This document shows, piece by piece, positions 32,479 to 41,230 of a stretch of 43,985 nucleotides of DNA (position 1 is the first letter of the stretch; every line of letters starts with the position of its first letter). This DNA is from a virus. Made by a program: the position numbers and the translations under genes. The stretch lies in IMG/VR virus record IMGVR_UViG_3300045988_075559; one strand, written 5' to 3'. Below the pieces are notes generated by a model. It saw only the letters and a list, made by a program, of their open reading frames with translations. It did no database searches and was not told the DNA's origin.

Positions 32479-33796
32479 CTTCTGCCTCCTTCTTTAGCAA
32501 ATTCCATTCTTTTTCCGTGATAATATCCAATGCCCATTCTTTCGGGATGTATAGTTTCATTCTTTTATTGATTTTATTTTTTCTGTAATATCTGTTCCAG
32601 AAATAGGCATTCGCCAGTGCTCTTGCTTTGTGCATAATGCAAATATATGTCGCCCTGGCGTCCGGTGTTCCGAAAATCTGGTAATTGTATGCAGTGCACC
32701 AGCTGCAGCCTTCTGCGATAGGACAGTTAAAGCACTCGTCTGTGCTCTGTGTTCTCCTGTCAATTTTTTTCAAGCGCTCTACGCGGCATCTGTCGCATTC
32801 CGTCTGACAGATTCCATAATCTACATCTCCGATTGAATAAGGTTCCTGTTGATTTCCCAGAGAGCTTTCCATGTAGCGCAAACACGGATATATAATGCCT
32901 GCCGGATCTACGGCCAGCATCACTCCGTTTCCGCCACACCAATTCTCCAGATCGTCCTCCTGTTTCGGATGGAAGAACTCCTCTTCAAACAGCGAACAAA
33001 AATAATCATTTTCGAAGTCCATGTTGTTTTCCAAAATGTAGTCTGCGAGACGCTTCATTTCGTTATATAGTACGGTGGCGTGAATTGGTTTCCATCCATC
33101 CTCGTATACGCAGTTCGCATTTATTTCGCAATATCCCAGCTCAAACATATGGACGATCGCATCGTATGTATGCATGACATTGGCCGGCGCGATAGTGATC
33201 TTTGAACCCATGTAATTTCCTTTGTCCATCCAATCTTTCGCCGCAGATACTGCCAAGTCATACGAAGGGCTTCCATCTGAGAATATGCGGCAGGAATCAT
33301 GCAGTTCTTGATTCCCGTCAACTGTGACTGAGAAAGACAATCTGTTCTTCCATTTATCAAGTACTCTTCCGACTTCCGGATCATGATATAGTGTTCCGTT
33401 TGAGCATATAGAAAACATCGTTTTATCAAGCCACGGGTGATTAAGTTCTATCATTCTGTCAATTGCGTATGAGCATATCTGGTCTATTAATTTCGCTTCT
33501 AACAATGGCTCACCGCCAATGAAATCAATGATCAATCCCGGAGATTTATGGGGGTTGATATATTCTTTCATCCCTTTTTCTCCGGTTAACAATAAATCTA
33601 TCATTTTCTCAGCCGTTTCAAGGCTCATTTTGCGTTTTCCTTTTTTGATCTGGTAGCAGTATGTGCACGCCAGATTACAATCATCGGTGACCTGAAATGT
33701 CACTGTCTGTGTTAAAATTTTTTCTTTTTCATTTGCCTGATGAAGTTCCGGATATAATCGGCTTAATTGTTCTGTGTACTGCTCAGTTCTTTTCAT
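32471..33796 (-). CDS. Radical SAM / SPASM-domain peptide maturase (CXXX-repeat-target type)
   Basis: ATG 33794-33796 is 8 nt after GAAGG. CNLACTYC (CX3CX2C), GGEPLL, and C-terminal Cys clusters (CGGNG...YPC, CFNCPIAEGCSWC). Confidence 0.85.
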   Translation of the reverse strand: MKRTEQYTEQLSRLYPELHQANEKEKILTQTVTFQVTDDCNLACTYCYQIKKGKRKMSLETAEKMIDLLLTGEKGMKEYINPHKSPGLIIDFIGGEPLLEAKLIDQICSYAIDRMIELNHPWLDKTMFSICSNGTLYHDPEVGRVLDKWKNRLSFSVTVDGNQELHDSCRIFSDGSPSYDLAVSAAKDWMDKGNYMGSKITIAPANVMHTYDAIVHMFELGYCEINANCVYEDGWKPIHATVLYNEMKRLADYILENNMDFENDYFCSLFEEEFFHPKQEDDLENWCGGNGVMLAVDPAGIIYPCLRYMESSLGNQQEPYSIGDVDYGICQTECDRCRVERLKKIDRRTQSTDECFNCPIAEGCSWCTAYNYQIFGTPDARATYICIMHKARALANAYFWNRYYRKNKINKRMKLYIPKEWALDIITEKEWNLLKKEAEEE

Positions 33797-34124
33797 TTTC
33801 AATACCTTCGATTTCACAATTGCACATTATGTTGATCTCAAGTTTCGTCGAATTGTTTGGAAGCATCCAATTATATTTATGTTTCTTTATTGCTCCCGGT
33901 ATATACAACTTTTCAATTTCCTGAACTGCCAGTTTGTACTCCGCTTCCAGTTCTACTCCTTTTTTTTGATATGCTTTGAATGCATCAGAATTAATAATAT
34001 CCGGATCGTTCGGATGTGATTCAATAATTCTCTGGATAACATCTTTTGCAAATCCCAGTTCAAAGTTTAATCTTTCAATGTATTCTGCCTTTTCTCGTTC
34101 GATTTCTACAATTATCTTTCTCAT
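33783..34124 (-). CDS. Small helical protein, candidate rSAM accessory partner (113 aa)
   Basis: ATG 34122-34124 is 5 nt after AAGGGAG. It overlaps the rSAM start by 14 nt. Confidence 0.55.
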   Translation of the reverse strand: MRKIIVEIEREKAEYIERLNFELGFAKDVIQRIIESHPNDPDIINSDAFKAYQKKGVELEAEYKLAVQEIEKLYIPGAIKKHKYNWMLPNNSTKLEINIMCNCEIEGIENEKN

Positions 34125-34138
34125 AGTTTCTCCCTTCT

Positions 34139-34444
34139 TTAGATCGCTCCAAGTTTTATTGTGATCACACTTCCTCTGTCTGACAAATCCTCTGTAATCA
34201 CGTCCACTTTCCATCCTGGGAAGTCCCTTTTTGTTTTCCCAACGCTTAATGTGAATTCCGAGTCGTTTCCGTCTGATAATTTTTTCTTAACTGATTCAAA
34301 AGTTTCATTTTCTCCCACATACATGGTGATAAGGCTGTTGTAACTTAATTCATTTCCTTTTCCATCCTTAAATTTTTCAAATGAGAATGAATTGTTCATT
34401 CCTGCTATTTCTATTTCCTGTTTATTTTTTAAAACTAACTTCAT
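34139..34444 (-). CDS. Hypothetical protein (101 aa)
   Basis: ATG is 6 nt after AGGAGG. Confidence 0.6.
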   Translation of the reverse strand: MKLVLKNKQEIEIAGMNNSFSFEKFKDGKGNELSYNSLITMYVGENETFESVKKKLSDGNDSEFTLSVGKTKRDFPGWKVDVITEDLSDRGSVITIKLGAI

Positions 34445-34482
34445 TTTTCTTCCTCCTGTTTTTCAAAAAATGACCAAGTCGG

Positions 34483-35142
34483 TCATTTTACCGCAGATGA
34501 AACCTGCCCATAGCATGTATCTTTGCATGTATTTCCGCAATTAGTAGAACAATTTGACGAGCATGAAGTACTGCATCCTCCGCAAATCGTAGAACAGCTA
34601 TTTGAACACGATTCCGCGCATCCTCCCATGCATGAAGATGTACATTCGGATCCGCATGAACTTCCGCATGAGCTGCATCCAGAACAGCCAGTGCATGATG
34701 TCGAACACGATGCTGTGCATCTATTGTCGCATCCAGTACAGTATCCTGAACATGTCCCAGAGCATCCAGAGCAATCGTATGAACAACTGTACCCGCATCC
34801 AGTACATCCATTTTTGCAGCCGCCCGAACAGTCATCTGCGCATGTTGCAAAGCAATTGCCTCCGCATGCATTTGTGCAGTCTGCGCAAGTCTGCGCACAA
34901 TTTGTCGTGCAGGTCTGGAAGCAATCCGTTTTGCAGCCACCCGAACAGTCATCTGCACATGTTGCCTGACAACCCGTACATTCATCCTCACATGCTCTGT
35001 TGCATAGCCTATCACAATTCCCACTGCATCCAGTTTTACAGCTGGTTGAGCATGCGGTTCCGCATGAGCTTCCGCAATTTCCTTTCGTCGTATTTTGACA
35101 ACTTGTCGCGCACTGAGTTCCGCAACTAGATGTACAAGCCCT
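34483..35142 (-). CDS. CXXX-repeat Cys-rich protein (219 codons, 54 Cys), proposed AGG start
   Basis: Absent from the ORF track. This 660-nt open frame, (AGG)ACTSSCGTQCATSCQN...CKDTCYGQVSSAVK, has no N-terminal ATG/GTG/TTG. AGG 35140-35142 is 8 nt after AGGAGG (35151-35156). Stop is TGA 34483-34485. Confidence 0.7.
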   Translation of the reverse strand, partial: RACTSSCGTQCATSCQNTTKGNCGSSCGTACSTSCKTGCSGNCDRLCNRACEDECTGCQATCADDCSGGCKTDCFQTCTTNCAQTCADCTNACGGNCFATCADDCSGGCKNGCTGCGYSCSYDCSGCSGTCSGYCTGCDNRCTASCSTSCTGCSGCSSCGSSCGSECTSSCMGGCAESCSNSCSTICGGCSTSCSSNCSTNCGNTCKDTCYGQVSSAVK

Positions 35143-35163
35143 TTTGTTTTCCTCCTTTTAATT

Positions 35164-35691
35164 TTAAGCTTTTATTGATGTAGTGCATCCCGCGCCGCAT
35201 GTATGTGTGCAGCCGCTCGAACAGCCGCCTGTGCAGCCGCCACAGCCGCCTGAACAGCCATCTGAGCACTGTTTTCCACATGTAGTGCTACAGTTTCCAG
35301 AGCACGAAGCGCACCCCATACAGGCAGATGCACAGGCCAGTTCGCATAGACCTGTGCAATTCCCCCTACACCCCGATACCTTTGCATCTTTCTGTATGTT
35401 CAGCATTTTGTCTGCGAAATTTTCCGCTCTTTCCAAAGTCATTTCAAGAGCAGTTCTTTCTTTTCTCAGACTGTTATCTTGCAGGAAATCATTGATTTCC
35501 AGAAGTGGATCAATAATCTTTTGAATGTGCTCATCTGAAACCTGTTTTCCATTCTGCGGCATGAAATCAAAATCATATTCCTGCGATGCATATTTCTTCA
35601 GTGAACCTCCCATTTGTTCTGCTGTTCTGCTCATCATTGTTTTTTTTACTTTTTCTTTGATCCGTTTCAAAGATTCAGCTGTTATAATCCT
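35164..35691 (-). CDS. Protein with helical N-domain and C-terminal CXXX-repeat tail (17 Cys), proposed AGG start
   Basis: AGG 35689-35691 is 7 nt after AGGAG (35699-35703). The ORF-track TTG 35670 lacks an SD. C-terminus: CRGNCTGLCELACASACMGCASCSGNCSTTCGKQCSDGCSGGCGGCTGGCSSGCTHTCGAGC. Confidence 0.7.
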   Translation of the reverse strand, partial: RIITAESLKRIKEKVKKTMMSRTAEQMGGSLKKYASQEYDFDFMPQNGKQVSDEHIQKIIDPLLEINDFLQDNSLRKERTALEMTLERAENFADKMLNIQKDAKVSGCRGNCTGLCELACASACMGCASCSGNCSTTCGKQCSDGCSGGCGGCTGGCSSGCTHTCGAGCTTSIKA

Positions 35692-35701
35692 TATTCTTCT
35701 C

Positions 35702-36268
35702 CTATACTGCTGACACTGACGTGTAAGCCGGGTTCACGAGCATATAGTCAATTGTTACTATTTCCATTATTGTCGTCTTCATGATCGACGCTTCAATGTA
35801 CATTTTCGTACCTTTTTTTACTTCTCCGAAATCTACAATAGTTCCCAAAATCTTATATTTATTATTTTCGTCAAACATACTTGGCGAAATGCGGATTTCT
35901 TTAATGATCTCTCCGGTATATGATCCTTTTCTGATTTTTACAGATATAACAGAATCTGTTTTTGATATATCTGAAACCTTCATTCGAATCATGACTGAAT
36001 ATGTCCCTATTTTCAGTGCAAGGTTTTTCGAAAACAGTGGCGTCTCGGATATAGCACTTGTACTTTTACTCAGAGCAAGATACTCCGCATCTTCATCGTT
36101 AATCGTAGCTTCTGCAGAAAGGTTTGTTCCTCCAACATAAATTCCACCGGCATTCTCTACTTTCGCAAGTGTTTCATCAACCTTGTCCATCATATCTGCG
36201 AAATCTTTTACGTTGAAGAAGTCATCATCCTCCGGCTTCGGAAATCCATAATTAATTGTTTTTTGCAA
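35702..36268 (-). CDS. Tail fibre-associated protein
   Basis: TTG is 6 nt after AGGAGG. The N-terminal ...YGFPKPEDDDFFNVKDFADMMDKVD... resembles a tail-fibre N-terminal motif. Confidence 0.5.
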   Translation of the reverse strand: MQKTINYGFPKPEDDDFFNVKDFADMMDKVDETLAKVENAGGIYVGGTNLSAEATINDEDAEYLALSKSTSAISETPLFSKNLALKIGTYSVMIRMKVSDISKTDSVISVKIRKGSYTGEIIKEIRISPSMFDENNKYKILGTIVDFGEVKKGTKMYIEASIMKTTIMEIVTIDYMLVNPAYTSVSAV

Positions 36269-36803
36269 ATGTTACCTCCTCATTCCGCAGCTGGTAATAT
36301 GTCTTTTCTTTTAGCTGCTTATATGTATAAGGTTTATATTTTTTGTATTGATTGTATCTAAGAGTTATTTCTAGTAGATAATCGAGCGGAACCATCTGTT
36401 CAAACAGATCTTCTACTCCCTTGATCATATACTTACGCGTCACTTCAACCTGACATGATACCTGTTTTTTATCCAGTTCAATGTCCAGTATATAGTTTTC
36501 TCTTCCAAGCACTGCGTCCAGTTTCTGGCGTAGTGTTGTTTCTGTGTATACAGGACTGGACCACCACCTCAGCAGCACTTCCACTTTTCGGTCTTCCAGG
36601 CTAGCGGTATCTAACGGCTGAATTCCGAGGATCTTTTCTCTGCGCTGTATTCCTGATTCTTCAGCTGTTTTGATCGTAATATTACGGTCAATTTCTTCCA
36701 GATAATTTTCAAGAACCCTTCCAACGTTGTCTCCTGCATCAACGCACGCTTTTATCTCTCTTATATCTATTACAACATCCGGGTACTCCACATTTATATG
36801 CAT
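36252..36803 (-). CDS. XkdU-like (DUF2313-type) baseplate/tail protein
   Basis: ATG overlaps the upstream stop. It occupies the position after the baseplate J gene. Confidence 0.55.
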   Translation of the reverse strand: MHINVEYPDVVIDIREIKACVDAGDNVGRVLENYLEEIDRNITIKTAEESGIQRREKILGIQPLDTASLEDRKVEVLLRWWSSPVYTETTLRQKLDAVLGRENYILDIELDKKQVSCQVEVTRKYMIKGVEDLFEQMVPLDYLLEITLRYNQYKKYKPYTYKQLKEKTYYQLRNEEVTFAKNN

Positions 36804-37864
36804 GTGATATCCCCCTTTACCGGCACGGTTCCATCTGTTATCTGTAGATTCTCCGCTTTCCCATTAATTTTAGTGTCTGCCACATCAATGATTCCTTTGA
36901 TATTTACAACTGCTGCCTCAATTTGTAGTATTCTCACAATGATTGTTTCTTTATTTTCCCATTCTTTTCTCAGATTTAGTAAATATTCATCGATAGTCTG
37001 GTTAATATAGCTTTTCAGGGCTTCCGCAGTATATCCGGATTCGCATGTGATTGTTGTCTCTATATTTACGGTAGTTTCTTCTACGCCAGTGATCGTCACC
37101 CTATGCCCGATGGGTGCAAATCCCTCACCTTCTCCGCTGTTTACAATCGGATCAACAGCCGTCTGAGTTGCAGTTATAACATCCTGTGACGGTTTTCTGT
37201 AATCCTGCCCTATGATAGTTATGGCAATTCTGTCCGATGGTGCCTTTACACGTTTCAGCTTGCATCCATATACACCGCTTAATTCTTTTATACGGCTTTT
37301 GTAATATTCCCTATTTCCCGCAAACCCTCTGTAATTATATGTCGCAAGTAATCTCGCGCGATAGCTCTCCGTCTCTTCCTGATCTTTTCCTTCTAATGTA
37401 CACTTAATAATTCTTCCCCATTCAAAATTATCTACGTATCCGATCGGGTCGAGGTCTCCCATTATGTGATTCGGTTCTGCACCCGGGCTATCACAGCCAA
37501 GTCGGTATGTGTGTTCTTTTTCATCAATCACATTGTATACTGTGTAATTGTATTCGTCGAGATTCCAGCGCGATCCAAGTGGTACTTCACAGTTAAATTG
37601 AGCAGTCATTTCTGCATATGTTGCCTGGTTGATATAACATCCTCTGTCGTTTCCATTCCTGATCAAGTGTTCCAGGTCCGCTGTGTCTGCATACATATTC
37701 TGTTCTATTCCAGCAAGCATCAGATAAGCTTCCTCAAGTCTTACCGCCTGTTTTGCGCATGCGTTAAAAATCAAGCTGCCTTCTGATGTATCAATGTCGT
37801 CTGGCATGTCCCTCATCATTGATCGCATGATTGCTTCGTATGTCATTTCTTCAAACCTCTGCAT
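36794..37864 (-). CDS. Baseplate J-like protein (XkdT-like)
   Basis: ...MTYEAIMRSMMRDMPDDIDTSEGSLIFNA... is a J-family N-terminus. The start is ambiguous between ATG 37864, in-frame AGG 37856-58 and ATG 37846. Confidence 0.75.
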   Translation of the reverse strand: MQRFEEMTYEAIMRSMMRDMPDDIDTSEGSLIFNACAKQAVRLEEAYLMLAGIEQNMYADTADLEHLIRNGNDRGCYINQATYAEMTAQFNCEVPLGSRWNLDEYNYTVYNVIDEKEHTYRLGCDSPGAEPNHIMGDLDPIGYVDNFEWGRIIKCTLEGKDQEETESYRARLLATYNYRGFAGNREYYKSRIKELSGVYGCKLKRVKAPSDRIAITIIGQDYRKPSQDVITATQTAVDPIVNSGEGEGFAPIGHRVTITGVEETTVNIETTITCESGYTAEALKSYINQTIDEYLLNLRKEWENKETIIVRILQIEAAVVNIKGIIDVADTKINGKAENLQITDGTVPVKGDITCI

Positions 37865-38258
37865 TCACCTCCCCGTCTCCAAGCTCTGTTATCAATCGAA
37901 ATGAAACCGTTACTTTTCCTTCATCTTTTGTACACGTAAAATTTTCAATTCCCGTTATGTACGGATTTTCTGTCAGGCACTCCTCTGTCATCCGTTCCAG
38001 TTCGGAATCTGTCAGTTCTTTTGAGTAGCTTTTTCCGATAAGTTCTTCATATTCCTGTCCATAGTCCTCTGAATAAATATAGTATCTATATCTTGGCGTT
38101 TTTAATGCCAGCCATACCCACACAAGAAGTGCATCGTATCCTTCCACTATCTTTCCGGAAAGCTGGCCGGTTTCAAAATTGATTCCATATTCCCGTGGAA
38201 TATATAAATTTTCTTCTTTCTCATCATCTTCTTCGTTGTCCACGAACGGAAACATCAT
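37851..38258 (-). CDS. XkdS-like (DUF2634-type) baseplate protein
   Basis: ATGA-coupled start. Segment ...WLALKTPRYRYYIYSEDYGQEYEELIG.... Confidence 0.55.
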   Translation of the reverse strand: MMFPFVDNEEDDEKEENLYIPREYGINFETGQLSGKIVEGYDALLVWVWLALKTPRYRYYIYSEDYGQEYEELIGKSYSKELTDSELERMTEECLTENPYITGIENFTCTKDEGKVTVSFRLITELGDGEVNAEV

Positions 38259-38578
38259 TCTGGCACCACCACCTTTGCTATCACCACATATTTTTCATGT
38301 TTATTAAGTTTTATAAGAAGGACTCTGTCTCCTTCCTGTAGAATATTTTTCTTGTATTCTTCCAGTGTTGCATTATGTGAAGAATCCGTCATATATTCTG
38401 CTGATTGTGGCTTCGAATTATGTATGAATATTTTTTTCTTATTGTCCAATCTTAGATTACAATTTATTAGATAATCATTTTTGTCCAGCGTCATGGTATC
38501 TATTTTAATCTTTCCCGCATCCATCATAATTCCCAGTTGAGGCGGCTGAGCATTGTAATATCGCCCAGCTCTTCTCAT
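38255..38578 (-). CDS. XkdR-like (DUF2577-type) baseplate protein
   Basis: C-terminal ...EGDRVLLIKLNKHEKYVVIAKVV pattern. The start is uncertain. Confidence 0.5.
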   Translation of the reverse strand: MRRAGRYYNAQPPQLGIMMDAGKIKIDTMTLDKNDYLINCNLRLDNKKKIFIHNSKPQSAEYMTDSSHNATLEEYKKNILQEGDRVLLIKLNKHEKYVVIAKVVVPE

Positions 38579-38604
38579 TTGCTCTACGTAACGTTCGTAT
38601 ATGT

Positions 38605-40536
38605 TTATAGACCTTTGTATCTTCCTCCGTTAACAGCTGCTGTCACTTTCTTTCCCTTCCATTGGCTTACATTAAGCAATGCTCCGGAATTTGAGTAATC
38701 ACTTCCACCCATGCTCTCAAATTCTATGATTGACCATCCAGACGATGGATAATCCTGCCAATGTCCGTATGCGCTTCCATTTTTATCTCCCGCGTTCTTT
38801 TCGTCCGCGACAAGGCAGTTTAACTTTATTCCTCCTTCCAGAGTAAAGCTCACAAGGTCTCCGCAGGATCCGAAGTATTCCCCAACTGCAACAAGATAAT
38901 ACCCATCTATTGTCGCAATTCCGTGATCGCTTGCCCGTCCTTTAGCATTCCACACATTCGCGACTCTTCTTTGCATAGAGTCTCCATTCCACCTGCTGTA
39001 CCAATATGGATATATTGTGTAATCCCATGGGCATATCCCAGATTGCTGCAGTCCTGCTGGTATTGGTTTCGATGTCCCGGATATTGTTGTGTCATTTCCT
39101 GTCGAAGCCGTCGTAGTAGGATAATCTATATAGCAAAATCCAAGGACTGTGCTGCAGGATGGACCGTTACTTCTTTTTACGGTATCGCTCAGATTGCCTT
39201 CTATGGAAACCCAGTTGTTTCCGGACATACTTTCGATGATTCCAATGTGTCCAGATCCTCCGTAGATAACCAGTGCTCCAAGTCGTGGCGAACTTCCAAA
39301 CTTTCCCCTATCCTTATACCAGTCCATGACATTAAAACAATATGCTTCTTTTCCTCCTCCCATGAAGAGATCGCCGTGTCCTGTTTTATTGAATATGGCC
39401 CAAATGAACATACAGCACCATGCCGCATCCCACCCATAATAGGTCGTTATTTCATTATGATTGCTTCCTGGCGGGTTCTCGCCCACTCCAATCCAGGCTC
39501 TTGCCTGATTTAGCACATCCTCTAATGCGTTACTTGTCCCTGATCCGAAAGAACCTTCCGATGTTTCCTGTTCTTCATCCTCTTCCTGGATGTCCATAAT
39601 ATTTTTAAAAGCCAGTTCCAGTTTTGTGGTGTATAAACCGCCACTCCATTCATGGCTGTCATTTTCTATCCAAAACTTTCCCTTGAGGCCGGTTCTGGAA
39701 TCTTCTATGATCACTCCTAATCCGGAGATGCATCTGCAGTCTCCTATCATTGTCAGGCTTGATGTTTTATCAATCCCATGAAGTTCTGTCTTCGCTTCTG
39801 CTTTTCCATTCCCCGAATCTACAGATATAGAATTTTGAAAGATTCCGAATTTATCAGCCCACTTTGAATTACTTATGCTTCCTATCTTTCTATTATCCGA
39901 ATTGTATATGTACACTCGGTTTACCATGCTGTCAATGTTTTCAGAATAAGAGGATTCTACAATTCTTTCCCCCTGGCAAATGTGGAAATTGGGGATAACT
40001 TTTCCTTTTTGTATAACCTCCAATTTATCTCTGTTCATCTGGGCTATATATGGCTTTTTATTCTTCCTGTACGCTTTTGTATATGCAGCCATGATGATTT
40101 CATAATACGATCTTTCCTGGAAGAATATTTTTGGAATGTTTATTTTGGTTTTAGCCAGGTCTCCCGTTTTTACTTTTACATCCTTGCATACCAAGGATGT
40201 AATCTTTTCAGGCGTCTTGTTTGCAAATTTGTAGGTTCCCGACGATCTGAGTAAATGAATCATTCCGTCCTGTGCGGTATACGAAAGTTCCCCTGCCTCT
40301 GATTTTCTTTCCCTGCATGTTACCATCCCAATGAATTTTGTCTTTTTATCATCCGGATATCCTGGGTAAAATGTTATTTTATCTCCCAGTTTAATTCCCA
40401 GGTTCTTTACGTTTTTGTCATTTGGGCTATATGCAACATTAAATACTACTGATCTGGCCGCTTGTTTTGCGCTTCCCGACCAGCTTACCGATGTAACGTA
40501 CCCAGTTATATTCGTATCTTTCCAATTCAGTTTCAT
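38605..40536 (-). CDS. XkdQ-like baseplate hub protein fused to CHAP peptidase and a further C-terminal lytic-like domain (tail lysin)
   Basis: ATG 40534-40536 overlaps the upstream TGA. CHAP signature ...DAAWCCMFIWAIF...GHIGII...EGN. Confidence 0.65.
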   Translation of the reverse strand: MKLNWKDTNITGYVTSVSWSGSAKQAARSVVFNVAYSPNDKNVKNLGIKLGDKITFYPGYPDDKKTKFIGMVTCRERKSEAGELSYTAQDGMIHLLRSSGTYKFANKTPEKITSLVCKDVKVKTGDLAKTKINIPKIFFQERSYYEIIMAAYTKAYRKNKKPYIAQMNRDKLEVIQKGKVIPNFHICQGERIVESSYSENIDSMVNRVYIYNSDNRKIGSISNSKWADKFGIFQNSISVDSGNGKAEAKTELHGIDKTSSLTMIGDCRCISGLGVIIEDSRTGLKGKFWIENDSHEWSGGLYTTKLELAFKNIMDIQEEDEEQETSEGSFGSGTSNALEDVLNQARAWIGVGENPPGSNHNEITTYYGWDAAWCCMFIWAIFNKTGHGDLFMGGGKEAYCFNVMDWYKDRGKFGSSPRLGALVIYGGSGHIGIIESMSGNNWVSIEGNLSDTVKRSNGPSCSTVLGFCYIDYPTTTASTGNDTTISGTSKPIPAGLQQSGICPWDYTIYPYWYSRWNGDSMQRRVANVWNAKGRASDHGIATIDGYYLVAVGEYFGSCGDLVSFTLEGGIKLNCLVADEKNAGDKNGSAYGHWQDYPSSGWSIIEFESMGGSDYSNSGALLNVSQWKGKKVTAAVNGGRYKGL

Positions 40537-41222
40537 GGGATCACCAGTTTCGTTCCATTGTAGAGCCACCAGCCTTTCACTCCATTGTGTGAGCTGCTCG
40601 TGTGGCCATGTTTCTTTGCTTCTTTTTCTATTACCGTTTTATTCGCATTATATATCTTGCTGCTATAGCTTCCTGAACCGTAATATTTCTTCGCAATGCT
40701 CCGAAGCGTTTCCTTGCCTGATACCGTATGTGTCTTCTTTTTCGGTTTATTGTCTGGCCGGTTATTCTCCTTCTCTGGTTTCTTTTTATCTGATTCGACT
40801 GGTTCAAGAACAGCTTTTGCCGGCTTAGTGTACTTAGGTGGTCTGTAATCGTCCATAGTAAGCGAGTATTTTATATCCCCAGTTCCATCTTCTTCCCCGA
40901 ACTGAAATGATTTTATGATTACTTTTTTATTCAGTTTTGTTTTCGTGACAATAAACTGGATAGGCGTTTCCTGCCATTTAAGAATTTCTTTTACATATTC
41001 CCACGGATTTCTGTCTTTTGCATAATCTGCAAAGGGATAATCATTTTCCGGGAAAAAGGACTCGAATGCATATGTCTTGAGTCCCTTTTTTCCAAGAATT
41101 GTTACATCCCCTTTTGTCTGCACATTTACTGTCTGATGCGTATTTTCGAACGTCACGCTAAATGATTCGGGTCTGATCGGAAGCTGGATTGATTTATTTC
41201 CATTTTTTAACCAATATTCCAT
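40533..41222 (-). CDS. LysM-domain tail protein (XkdP-like)
   Basis: ATG is 5 nt after AGGAG. C-terminal LysM: HTVSGKETLRSIAKKYYGSGSYSSKIYNANK. Confidence 0.75.
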   Translation of the reverse strand: MEYWLKNGNKSIQLPIRPESFSVTFENTHQTVNVQTKGDVTILGKKGLKTYAFESFFPENDYPFADYAKDRNPWEYVKEILKWQETPIQFIVTKTKLNKKVIIKSFQFGEEDGTGDIKYSLTMDDYRPPKYTKPAKAVLEPVESDKKKPEKENNRPDNKPKKKTHTVSGKETLRSIAKKYYGSGSYSSKIYNANKTVIEKEAKKHGHTSSSHNGVKGWWLYNGTKLVIP

Positions 41223-41230
41223 CTTGTCTC

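Noticed and set aside
34488-35129. Three long ORF-track frames (34488-35024 minus; 34523-34969 and 34602-35129 plus) with odd His/Pro/Gln- or Arg/Ala/Val-rich products
   Set aside because: They are off-frame or antisense shadows of the TGC/TGT-periodic CXXX-repeat gene (34483-35142). None has an SD. The CXXX frame has a strong SD and matches the adjacent rSAM system.
34483-35142. Periodic 12-nt Cys-codon repeats considered as a CRISPR-like or tandem-repeat array
   Set aside because: There is no repeat-spacer organisation. The periodicity is codon-level (CXXX) within one continuous open reading frame.
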